This document shows, piece after piece, positions 9,048-17,926 of a DNA stretch of 32,000 nt. A program made the position numbers and the translations under genes. Position 1 is the stretch's first letter. The number at the start of each line of letters is the position of its first letter. Source of the DNA: an archaeon (GTDB lineage: Archaea > Asgardarchaeota > Thorarchaeia > Thorarchaeales > Thorarchaeaceae); the NCBI GenBank assembly GCA_024275415.1, contig JAJRZD010000089.1, positions 7,137 to 39,136 of the forward strand. The letters run 5' to 3'. The notes below the pieces were generated by a model that worked only from the letters and a program-made list of their open reading frames with translations, was not told the origin of the DNA and made no database searches.

Positions 9048-10211
9048 TTAGTCCCTCCCAAGAATGTGGACGATAGATGTCGCACCCGTGCCGCCTGTAT
9101 TGACAGCCATTCCTTTCTCTGCGCCGTCCACCTGACGTTTCTCACATTCTCCTCGCAGCTGAAGGGCGATCTCCACTACCTGCGCTACTCCAGTTGCACC
9201 TACTGGGTGTCCTCTCGCCTTGAGCCCACCGCTCGGGTTCACTGGGAACTTTCCTCCAAGCTCGGTCAGTCCTTCTTCAACTGCTTTTCCACCTTGTCCT
9301 TTCTCGACAATCCCAACATCCTCAGTCAACATGATCTCACTGATGGTGAATGAATCATGTAACTCGAAGACATCGATATCGTTGATGCTCAACTTGGCTT
9401 TTTCAAGTGCCTGTCGGGCTGAGATCTTTACTGCCTTCATCTCAGTGATGCTTTCTCTGTCATGTAATGCAAGCGTGTCGCTTCCTTGGGTTGAAGCATC
9501 GATGTATATCGGGGTGTCCGAATATTTCTTCGCCACATCCTCATTGCACATAACCAACGCTGCAGCTCCGTCAGTCACAGGAGACGAATGAAGGATTCTG
9601 ATCGGGTCAGCAAGTAATCCTGAGCCCATGACCACTTTGAGTGGGACCGGACGCTGGAACTGGGCGAATGGGTTGTGGGCAGCATTCGCATGGTTCTTTA
9701 CCGTGACCAAACTCAACTGTTCCTCAGTTGTTCCGTATTCCATCATATGACGACGAGCCATCATTCCAAACAGGGCTGGAAATGTCGCACCAAAGAGACC
9801 TTCCCATTCCCAGTCGCTGGCAACGCTGATTGTATTCATCGCTTCGGTCTGGTTGACATCGCTCATCTTCTCGCAGCCAAAGACCAGCATGGCATCATGT
9901 TCGCCTGACTTGATTGACATGTATGCCTGTCTTACGGCCGCACCACCACTGGCACATGCCGCCTCGACACTATAGGCTGGTAGGTTCCCAAGTCCTCCGA
10001 CATCGGCAGCAAGTGCACCAAGATGTTCTTGTCCTGTAAATCTCCCAGCACTCATATTTCCTACACAGATAGCGTCAATATCCTTCCCGCTAATCTGTGA
10101 GTCAAATATCGCCATCATCCCGGCTTCCAATGTTATCTCACGCAGGTTCTTTTCCCACAGTTCTCCGAACTTGCTCATTCCTACACCGATTATCGCTACT
10201 CGATTTCCCAT
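9048..10211 (-). CDS. Acetoacetyl-CoA thiolase, archaeal type
   Basis: VEAACASGG catalytic Cys, ELHDSF, SGGLKARGHPVGATG; start at ATG 10211 after SD AAGGAGGT. Confidence 0.95.
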   Translation of the reverse strand: MGNRVAIIGVGMSKFGELWEKNLREITLEAGMMAIFDSQISGKDIDAICVGNMSAGRFTGQEHLGALAADVGGLGNLPAYSVEAACASGGAAVRQAYMSIKSGEHDAMLVFGCEKMSDVNQTEAMNTISVASDWEWEGLFGATFPALFGMMARRHMMEYGTTEEQLSLVTVKNHANAAHNPFAQFQRPVPLKVVMGSGLLADPIRILHSSPVTDGAAALVMCNEDVAKKYSDTPIYIDASTQGSDTLALHDRESITEMKAVKISARQALEKAKLSINDIDVFELHDSFTISEIMLTEDVGIVEKGQGGKAVEEGLTELGGKFPVNPSGGLKARGHPVGATGVAQVVEIALQLRGECEKRQVDGAEKGMAVNTGGTGATSIVHILGRD

Positions 10212-10224
10212 TGCTTCAACCTCC

Positions 10225-11268
10225 TTATCCCAATGCCTTAATCTTGCGTCGATATTTCGCATAGGTGGCATATTCGACGTATGTCTTCCGTGCGATATAA
10301 TCGTCCACAGTGGGCACTTCTCCTCGATGCTTAGTTATCTCATCTTCAACCGTTATTGCAAAGGCATCACTTCCAGCACCAGACCCGTACGAAACCATGA
10401 ATATCTTGGATCCTGGCTCAGCGATATCAAGAATTCTTGCGAGTCCCATCATAGCAGACCCTGAATAGGTATTCCCAATCTGTCTGACCACCAGACTGTC
10501 CTCAAGCTTCTCGTTTGGCACTTTGAGTTGTCTCCCCATCGCAAGGGGGAATTTACCATTGGGCATGTGGAATACGAAATAGTCCCAATCATCCACGGTT
10601 GTACCCGTCTTCCTGAACAGCAGATTGGCTGCCGCCCCGACATGTCTGAAGTATGCAGGCTCACCAGTAAATCGAGCCCCGTGGCTTGGAAAGTCCTCTC
10701 CTTCACGACGCCAGAAGTCAGGAGTGTCTGTTGTGAACGAAACAGTGGTTTCAATCGTAGCAACAGGTTTGCCTTTCCCGACCAGTATCGCTACGCCTCC
10801 GGCAGCAGCCGAATACTCTAGGGCATCGCCTGGTCTTCCCTGGGCCGTATCCGACCCGATTGCCAGTCCGATTTTTATCATGTCTGATGACACAAGACCC
10901 ATGCATGTTTGAATGGCTGCTGTTCCTGCCTTGCAGGCGAACTCAAAATCCGCACATGTCATCTCAGAGGTGCATTCTATTGCCTCGGCAACAATCGTTC
11001 CTGTTGGTTTAACTGCATAGGGATGTGATTCAGAGCCTACATATATTGCACCAATATCTTTTGGATCTATGCGCGCATACTTGACAGCGTTGCGTGCCGC
11101 CTCGACTGATATTGTTGCCACATCCTCATCCGGCCCGGGAACGGATTTTTCAAAGACACCCAGACCCTTAGCAAGCTTCTCGCCTGGTTCGCCCCAGACG
11201 CGAGCTATTTCTTCGGTCTTTATCCGATATCGGGGAATGTAGACCCCATATCCTATAATTCCGACCAT
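10225..11268 (-). CDS. Hydroxymethylglutaryl-CoA synthase, archaeal type
   Basis: [22 protein letters not shown] (catalytic Cys), [24 protein letters not shown]; first gene of the HMGS-thiolase-DUF35 operon. Confidence 0.96.
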   Translation of the reverse strand: MVGIIGYGVYIPRYRIKTEEIARVWGEPGEKLAKGLGVFEKSVPGPDEDVATISVEAARNAVKYARIDPKDIGAIYVGSESHPYAVKPTGTIVAEAIECTSEMTCADFEFACKAGTAAIQTCMGLVSSDMIKIGLAIGSDTAQGRPGDALEYSAAAGGVAILVGKGKPVATIETTVSFTTDTPDFWRREGEDFPSHGARFTGEPAYFRHVGAAANLLFRKTGTTVDDWDYFVFHMPNGKFPLAMGRQLKVPNEKLEDSLVVRQIGNTYSGSAMMGLARILDIAEPGSKIFMVSYGSGAGSDAFAITVEDEITKHRGEVPTVDDYIARKTYVEYATYAKYRRKIKALG

Positions 11269-11546
11269 AATATTCTCTCCTTGTATAATACGTTAAATGT
11301 CGAATCGGTTTACGTCACTTTCCCTGACCCGTTGCTCTGCCCTATATAGAGGTTGTCATTTGTTTCTAGCGTGTCCAACGACTTTCACCGAACCTTACCT
11401 TCTTTCTTGTAGAGGTGTCGTTGCATCATATTTAACCCTCTCTTCCTATTTATGATTGGTGTCGTGTTGGGGTTCTGGTTTTGTCGATGCACCCGAAAAG
11501 GTCATTTGAAGTAAGGCTATAAGGAGAAATAATGTAATACTACACG

Positions 11547-11750
11547 GTGGAACGAATGGCTAGCATCTCCCAAAAGACAAGAATACGTGAACTGAATCTA
11601 ACCGAATCCAAGACGGTCGCCCAACTCCTTGATGAACTAGACTTATCTCATGACCATATCGTGCTTGTCGATGGTAAACGACTATCACTAGACAACGTTG
11701 TAGACGAGAACGAAACAGTGGTTGTTCTTCCGCTTATCGCTGGTGGCTAA
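11547..11750 (+). CDS. MoaD/ThiS/SAMP-family ubiquitin-like protein (true start may be ATG 11532; see findings)
   Basis: Beta-grasp-like pattern TVAQLL..L....VLVDG......VVVLP and C-terminal di-glycine (LIAGG*). Confidence 0.85.
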   Translation: MERMASISQKTRIRELNLTESKTVAQLLDELDLSHDHIVLVDGKRLSLDNVVDENETVVVLPLIAGG

Positions 11751-13216
11751 TATCTTGGATATTCTTTGATCTTGGATGCCGGTGTCAAGTCTATCCCCAA
11801 TGGATTTTCTTTATCATATGCTACTGGCAAACCAAGTACTCCTCCAATCGTATCAAGTACTTGTTGAGCGATACTATCTACCTCTCTTTTTGACATGTTT
11901 GCACATGCCTCAACATTCCCTGAGATTGCTGATGTGAGACCTCTGGATGACCCAGAGCTGAACTGAGTCGCTTTCTTTGGTGTTGTAGCCAGGTCTGGAG
12001 GTAGTCCTAGACCCATTGCGAGTTTCCTGAAAATGAGTTTTCTTTGTGGCACACTATTCAGTTGTATCTTCCATGACACTGGTAGTGATTGCGCTAAATC
12101 TGTGAACTGTGGGTCAAGGTATGGGAATGCTACAGGTAATCCTATCGAGGCAATAACTCTCTCGTCACGAGAGATATTGGCTTCGTGTGTGATTGCAAGC
12201 TCCTCTTGCAAACACCTTACGACAGCTTCTTCTCCTTGAGATTCTAGGATCCTAACATGCCGAGCGTATCCCGCAAATTGCTCGTCGGGCCCCTGACCTG
12301 AAACCATTATCTCTACACCCGCGTTCTTTGCGGCCGTTGCTGAAAAAAAGAATGGCAATGCGATTTCCACATCCATCCTGTTCGTTGTTTCTATGGCAAG
12401 GATAACTCGGGGGATAGCCTTCCAGATATCAGTCGGTGTGAGTGTTTCAATTACCACAGGTAGTCCAAGTCGTTCAGCTGCACTCTTGACATGTTTATGG
12501 TCTCGTGATCCAATCATACTTGCTGAGAAAAGACAAGTGCTACCAGCAATCTGCCTGATGATGTGTGCAAGCAGAGAACTATCCACTCCTCCAGAGAACA
12601 GGATACCGCATGACCGTCCCCGCAGATTCTCGATAGATGCTCGAAGATATCGTTCCAGAAGACCCAGCGCCTGATATTTTGTGTCTGACCATAGATCCCT
12701 TCTGGGCTCTGAATTATGTAAAACTGTGGTATTTCCAGTTTGGTCTACACCGAGGATACATCCCGGTTTCACAGGACTGGCATCTTTACATCCCACGTTC
12801 CAGAGAACTTTCTTCTCAGTGGCGAACACCGTTCTCTGAGAAACACGACCGTAGTATATAGCTCGCTGTCCGTCAGAAGATCTCCAGACTTTTGCATCAG
12901 TGGGACTCACTTGGATGACAACAAGTCCCTGTGTTCTCCGTAGCCCATTGGCTATTGCACCGTACAGCATTGACCTATTTGAAATGACTTTCAGTATTTC
13001 TTCAGTTAGACCATAAAGACTGTCAATTATGATGATGCCATTATCACGCTCGATAATCGCCCTCTCGTTCTCTGTATGTACCACAGCGCATCTGAACTGG
13101 GATCTATTGAATGTCATCTCTTTTTTTGATATATAATCCCCTCGATGATCCATCAGTTCTATAAGATGGTCTATCTCACCAGAGGCCTCTCCGAAAGAAC
13201 AGAAAATCCCTGCCAT
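11747..13216 (-). CDS. Asparagine-synthetase-like ATP pyrophosphatase with a degenerate glutamine amidotransferase domain
   Basis: PP-loop LFSGGVDSS, SGQGPDEQFAGY, PYLD, KKATQF are intact; N-terminus is MAGI rather than MCGI and there is no NGEIYN motif. Confidence 0.85.
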   Translation of the reverse strand: MAGIFCSFGEASGEIDHLIELMDHRGDYISKKEMTFNRSQFRCAVVHTENERAIIERDNGIIIIDSLYGLTEEILKVISNRSMLYGAIANGLRRTQGLVVIQVSPTDAKVWRSSDGQRAIYYGRVSQRTVFATEKKVLWNVGCKDASPVKPGCILGVDQTGNTTVLHNSEPRRDLWSDTKYQALGLLERYLRASIENLRGRSCGILFSGGVDSSLLAHIIRQIAGSTCLFSASMIGSRDHKHVKSAAERLGLPVVIETLTPTDIWKAIPRVILAIETTNRMDVEIALPFFFSATAAKNAGVEIMVSGQGPDEQFAGYARHVRILESQGEEAVVRCLQEELAITHEANISRDERVIASIGLPVAFPYLDPQFTDLAQSLPVSWKIQLNSVPQRKLIFRKLAMGLGLPPDLATTPKKATQFSSGSSRGLTSAISGNVEACANMSKREVDSIAQQVLDTIGGVLGLPVAYDKENPLGIDLTPASKIKEYPRY

Positions 13217-13283
13217 CGCCCATCAATTTCTCTATGAGCATTATGCTACCTATACAACAACCGTTTAGCATCAAAAGAGGTCT

Positions 13284-13697
13284 CTATGTTGGCACGTTGA
13301 CCAATTTTGCCTCTTGGACACCAGTCATGTTCCCTAGACGTTCATGCAACTCATCAATGGACATCTTGAGCTGTTCAGGAGTGAAATAGCATTCGTAATA
13401 GCACTGATTCGCTGACTGGCATATTCCGCTCGTGAACAGGATATCGTCAAGCCCGGCTTCCTCAAAAATAGTAGTCAGCTCCTCAAGAAAGCTCTTGCTC
13501 AGCTTCTCAATGCTCAACCGAAGGTAGTACACGTTCTCAGAATTGACCGGATATATCTTCACATTCTTGTCCTTGACGACCATAATCGCAAGACCAAATG
13601 ATTCCGATATTCCGTCGACAAATTCGCTGGGTAAAGTGATTGCATCACCCCTCGTGATCTTCAGAACTCGCGCACGAGTCATATCGTTTTTACTCAT
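13284..13697 (-). CDS. Hypothetical protein, probable AbrB/SpoVT-like N-terminus plus ACT-like domain
   Basis: N-terminal RVLKITRGDAITLPSEF resembles the swapped-hairpin motif; C-terminal beta-alpha-beta-beta-alpha-beta pattern; SD GGAGG upstream. Confidence 0.5.
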   Translation of the reverse strand: MSKNDMTRARVLKITRGDAITLPSEFVDGISESFGLAIMVVKDKNVKIYPVNSENVYYLRLSIEKLSKSFLEELTTIFEEAGLDDILFTSGICQSANQCYYECYFTPEQLKMSIDELHERLGNMTGVQEAKLVNVPT

Positions 13698-13788
13698 TGA
13701 AATTCCTCCGGGCTTGTGAAGTTCTAAGTCATCTAATGCGATATATCTGTTACGGGAGGATACTTAATAAATCGGCTGATATACCATC

Positions 13789-15375
13789 TTACTTGCCAAA
13801 CCATGAACGGATTCGTCGAACTGCGCTGCTGTCTGGCTTTTTGACGATTCGCAGCGTCCAAGGCTGTCGCTTCATATGAGCATAATACTCCAGGAAAGCG
13901 ACTTTTCCGTCTGTTCTGACTCGATCCATCTCTTGCAGTCTGACCTGAAGCCATGCCTTTTTTGATACTGGCATTCTTGCTGTTACCAGATCAAATAGCA
14001 TAGGATGGAGGTCAAATACAAGTGCACGCTCTCGCATGTACTCCAGCACGCCCTCCTCGAACGTGTCAGTGATTTTCTCGCGATTGGTGAAGAACGAGGC
14101 TGCAACAGACACGTTAGGATAGCGATCAGGAATACCCAGCGCGAACTTGAAGGATCGTCTGAACTTGGAGAGATGTGTTGCGGCATCAAGGAACAACAGA
14201 GTTTCGGGCTTCCCTTCGAACTCGTCGTCGGAAATCTCGATCTTTGAAACCATCTCTTCTTGATGCTTCTCGATGAACGATTGGATTAACTGGTCTGTCA
14301 CAGGAGGCAAGCCTTCCTCAGTCGGTTCCTCGAACTCCATCTCTGCGCTCTCGGATACGTCCTCTGGCTCCTTCTTTTTCTGTTCGTCAGACTTTGGCTT
14401 TTTCCTCCTGCGAAACTTGGGTGCGAGATATCCGATGTCTGACACCAAATGTTGAAGGACTAGCGGTAGGAATAGATCGTAAAGGCTCCCACGGGTTTCT
14501 GTGATGAGCAATACTGGCCTGTATTGGCCGATAGCTTCAGTAATTCCTGAATCATAATCAGGGTCGTCGTCAAAGAACTTCTTCAGATTCTCTATAGAGT
14601 ACCCCTCAGTCACGCGCTCTTCCCACTCTCGATATACCTCCTTGACCTCCTGTCGCCGTCTATCTCTGACAAGGCTAGCGAATTTGCTGAGGTACTTGAC
14701 TCCTCGGGACACAGCCGTAGTCGGGCTGATGAACACAGTCATCAAGCCAACGGCTTCACCTGCATAGTCGCTTGCCTCTGCACTCCGTATCTTGCTGAGC
14801 ACTTCCTCTGTGAGAGATGGAGGTCCAAGTTTCTCCACAAGAACCTCGTGCATCCCCTCATAGTTCTCGAAGGATGCGTCGCCTGGGCCTATCTCTTCTC
14901 CTACTGGGGATGCATCAGATAGCACCTCCGCGAAGACATTGGGGCGTTTTATGAGCCAATCAAGAGGTATTTTCAATTGCGTGAAGCCGTGCAAGAACGT
15001 CCTGTCCGATTCCTTGGGTCCCATGTAGTACTTTACAGCATTTGGGAAAAGACCATCGAAGAGTTCCATGAACTGATTGAAACCCTGCTCTGTGCTAAGC
15101 CCCATTTCTGCCTTTTCAAGAGCGTCTGCCACGAAGACCAACGCTTTTTCGCCTTTCTTTGCTTGGTGTGCCATGACCGCCATGACCTGTTTCGGTGATA
15201 GATATAGCAGGTCACTAGCAGCGAATGGGGCGTCGTAGAATGAGAAGATTCCTAATCGTTTCCAGGGCCTGTTTGACATCTCACTTATAGCCAAATGTGA
15301 GAACCATTCAAAGCCTCGCTGATATCGTGGGATATTCTCTTCATCACTGTATCCTGAGGAATCAATCATCATCAC
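13789..15375 (-). CDS. Hypothetical protein, possible inactive HerA/VirB4-like P-loop fold
   Basis: 528-aa ORF; Walker-B-like LLFLDAATHL; charged low-complexity insert; no Walker A. Confidence 0.75.
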   Translation of the reverse strand: MMMIDSSGYSDEENIPRYQRGFEWFSHLAISEMSNRPWKRLGIFSFYDAPFAASDLLYLSPKQVMAVMAHQAKKGEKALVFVADALEKAEMGLSTEQGFNQFMELFDGLFPNAVKYYMGPKESDRTFLHGFTQLKIPLDWLIKRPNVFAEVLSDASPVGEEIGPGDASFENYEGMHEVLVEKLGPPSLTEEVLSKIRSAEASDYAGEAVGLMTVFISPTTAVSRGVKYLSKFASLVRDRRRQEVKEVYREWEERVTEGYSIENLKKFFDDDPDYDSGITEAIGQYRPVLLITETRGSLYDLFLPLVLQHLVSDIGYLAPKFRRRKKPKSDEQKKKEPEDVSESAEMEFEEPTEEGLPPVTDQLIQSFIEKHQEEMVSKIEISDDEFEGKPETLLFLDAATHLSKFRRSFKFALGIPDRYPNVSVAASFFTNREKITDTFEEGVLEYMRERALVFDLHPMLFDLVTARMPVSKKAWLQVRLQEMDRVRTDGKVAFLEYYAHMKRQPWTLRIVKKPDSSAVRRIRSWFGK

Positions 15376-15402
15376 TAAAACCCCCTATCATGAAAATAGG
15401 TC

Positions 15403-15445
15403 GGATGAGGTATCTCGTTCGCTGACGAGATAAACCTATTCATCC
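15403..15445. other. Intergenic hairpin
   Basis: GGATGA-GG-TATCTCGT-tcgctg-ACGAGATA-aa-CC-tat-TCATCC. Confidence 0.5.
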
Positions 15446-15446
15446 C

Positions 15447-16667
15447 CTAGTCTATCCGAAGAGCCACCAACCCAATCATTGCAGCACCGATAATCAATGC
15501 AGCAATGAACAGGAGCCTCCAGTCTACAAGTGGTTCGGTGGGGTTGCTTGTATCGACGGTATTGATGAGTTCGAGATACGAGTGATTGACTGGATCGAGC
15601 ATATTCAACATCTTCAATGCCAAACCCGCATAGAACAGAGCACCCTCTTCCATCCCCGGAACATTGCCCCATGTCCCATCGGCCGCCTGACTATCAATGA
15701 TGAACTGAGCAGCTGCGTCAGCATCAATTGATTCAATCCCTCCAATCAAATCGAGCACTTCCAAGGCATGGAAGGTCGATTCTAGATTCGTATCGTTGGT
15801 CAAGATAGATTCCGTGAAGCCGCCGGTTGGCTCCCCTGCAATACTCTCGGTGACTTGTCGCTGTATAACCCAGTTTCTGATATTTTGTTGTTCAGTGGCC
15901 GTTAGAGCAGACAACTGGTTTAACTCTTTTAATGCCAATAGCCCAGCAGCCGTAGCTGACAAGCTTGGAATATACGATTCTGGCGTGAGTTTGAATGCTG
16001 ATCCCTCAGTGCAATTCAGTATCCATTGAGTCGTGCGAGTGGCGTTCCAAAGCCAGTCTTCGACAGAGTCGCCAGTTATATCCACCATCTTGTTCAGGAT
16101 ATAGAGAGCGTAATAGGTCGAGATGAGGTCTGGGGGTGTACCATCCTCTGCTCCAAACCCTCCCTTTTCGGACTGTGTCTTATTGATGTACACCAGGGCC
16201 GCTGTTGCATTGATAGAGGTGATATCATCCATGCCCGGAATATCACTTTGCGCATCGAGGATGTCCCACAACTTGATTGCCCAATATGAGTTCTCGATGC
16301 TTACTGGTCCTGCAATGTACAATGAGAAGCCTCCCCAGCGTTCGTAGTCTTCTCCTCCGCTCTTCCATTGGAGCTTTTGAGTGAAGTTCTTCGTCTTGAC
16401 CAGATCTATGACCGGCGGTCGGATACTCAACATGTCCATTTCCTGATATGCCATTATGGCACCGACAGTCGGGTATAGTCGTGCCGTATCAGAGTCTGGG
16501 AATGTATACCCGCCTTCTCCATTGTTCACTGGGTCATCGTAGTTCTCTTTCATGTAATTCTCCAGATTCTGCCATCGTGTATTCTGTACTGGCATTGATA
16601 ATACTACGAAGGATGTTGCAATTAAGGAGAGTATGACTACAATACTCACAGCTTGGACCTTATTCAT
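15447..16667 (-). CDS. Membrane-anchored prenyltransferase/squalene-oxidase-repeat (alpha/alpha barrel) protein
   Basis: About 6 repeats of GG[FY]/GTWG followed by helices (STYYALYIL, STFHALEVL); N-terminal signal/TM, C-terminal TM; 7 N-X-S/T sequons. Confidence 0.75.
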   Translation of the reverse strand: MNKVQAVSIVVILSLIATSFVVLSMPVQNTRWQNLENYMKENYDDPVNNGEGGYTFPDSDTARLYPTVGAIMAYQEMDMLSIRPPVIDLVKTKNFTQKLQWKSGGEDYERWGGFSLYIAGPVSIENSYWAIKLWDILDAQSDIPGMDDITSINATAALVYINKTQSEKGGFGAEDGTPPDLISTYYALYILNKMVDITGDSVEDWLWNATRTTQWILNCTEGSAFKLTPESYIPSLSATAAGLLALKELNQLSALTATEQQNIRNWVIQRQVTESIAGEPTGGFTESILTNDTNLESTFHALEVLDLIGGIESIDADAAAQFIIDSQAADGTWGNVPGMEEGALFYAGLALKMLNMLDPVNHSYLELINTVDTSNPTEPLVDWRLLFIAALIIGAAMIGLVALRID

Positions 16668-16909
16668 TTGATCATCCCGGTCAGTTATGATATCATCTAG
16701 AGCTTTTGCTCTGTGAGAGAGCCAACCCTTGAATTGGAGTTATTAACGTTTCCCCCGTTTTAGAAATGTACTGCATCTCGTCCAGAGAAGAAGAAAACTC
16801 TAAGGTCGCACATTGCCGATCTCCATCGGGCCTGTATTGTAGTGTGCTTTCGAGCTTGTGCAGCATTATGGAAAAAAGCGGTATGAATGACAAACCTCGA
16901 TCTCATCAA

Positions 16910-17914
16910 CTATCCGCCGTAGCCTCGTACATCTGTTCTCTGAAGCTCTCTGACATAAAGGTACGCAGAGTCAGCAGCTATCGCCCCATGACCCACAGCA
17001 ACAACGATTTGTTTCATAGATTCGACAACATCACCAGCAGCATAAAATCCAGGAATGTTGGTCGTTTGGTTTGCCTTTACAAGGATTTCTCCATTCTTAT
17101 TGACATTGACTCCAAGGTCAATTGCCAGTTTACTGTTGGGAGACGAACCAAGCGCAATGAATGCCCCATCAACCTCCAAGACCTTCTCTTCTCCGGTCTT
17201 GAGATTTTCAACGACAACCTCTCGGAGAAGGTCTTCCCCTCGAAACTCCTTGACGACATGACTCCACATGATATCGACGTTGGAGTCAAACAACATGTCC
17301 TGCATCGCCTTTTCTGCTCGCAGCTCATCTCTTCTATGGATGAGTGTCGTGCTCTCTGTCAGTTCTTAAAGGTATACTGCTTCCACTGCGGCAGTGTTCC
17401 CTCCCCCAATGACTACGACTTTCTTGTTCCTGAAAAGCGGGCCATCACATGTGGCACAGTACGAAATTCCTCTCCCCGTATATTCTTCCTCTCCGGGGGC
17501 ATTCAGTCGTCTGTGTCCTCCTCCTGTGGCAAAGATGACCGCTTTGGCTGTGTAGTTGCCTCTTCGTGTTTCCAGAATGAAGTCACCTGAGTTTCCGTTA
17601 GCTCTTGTGATACTCTTAACTTCTGTAATCTCCCTGATTTTTGCTCCAGTGGCCTGCACCTGCTCTTTCATTCGTGATGCAAGATCAATACCTGTTATGA
17701 ATTTGAAACCTGGATAGTTCTCGATTGCAGGACTCGTCGCCTGTGCACCACCAAGAACGGCTGATTCCAAAAGCAAGGTCTTCAGCCCATACCGCGCTGT
17801 GTATATCGCCGCGGTCATCCCAGCTGGACCTCCACCAACAATCACTACTTCCCAGTCAAGGTCTTCGTCTGCCTTAGTTGCTGTTGATATCCCCGTGATT
17901 TTCATATCCAACAT
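16910..17914 (-). pseudogene. trxB: Thioredoxin reductase interrupted by a single in-frame TAA (17366-17368)
   Basis: GGGPAG, CATCDG, GGGNTA ..YL*ELTESTTLIHRRDELRAEKAMQD.. then T..PGFYAAGDV; both ORF pieces are in the same frame and give 334 codons when read through. Confidence 0.9.
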
Positions 17915-17926
17915 CTCGCTTAGGTG

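Noticed and set aside
11547-16667. Lasso-peptide/RiPP cluster around the AsnB-like gene
   Set aside because: No precursor peptide, RRE or transglutaminase-like protease is visible.
17366-17368. Selenocysteine or pyrrolysine recoding of trxB
   Set aside because: The codon is TAA, not TGA or TAG, and it is not at a catalytic Cys position (CATC is intact).
16693-17590. 274-aa plus-strand ORF (16766..17590) and 66-aa ORF (16693..16893)
   Set aside because: The first is the antisense shadow of trxB; the second has no motif and no plausible start context.
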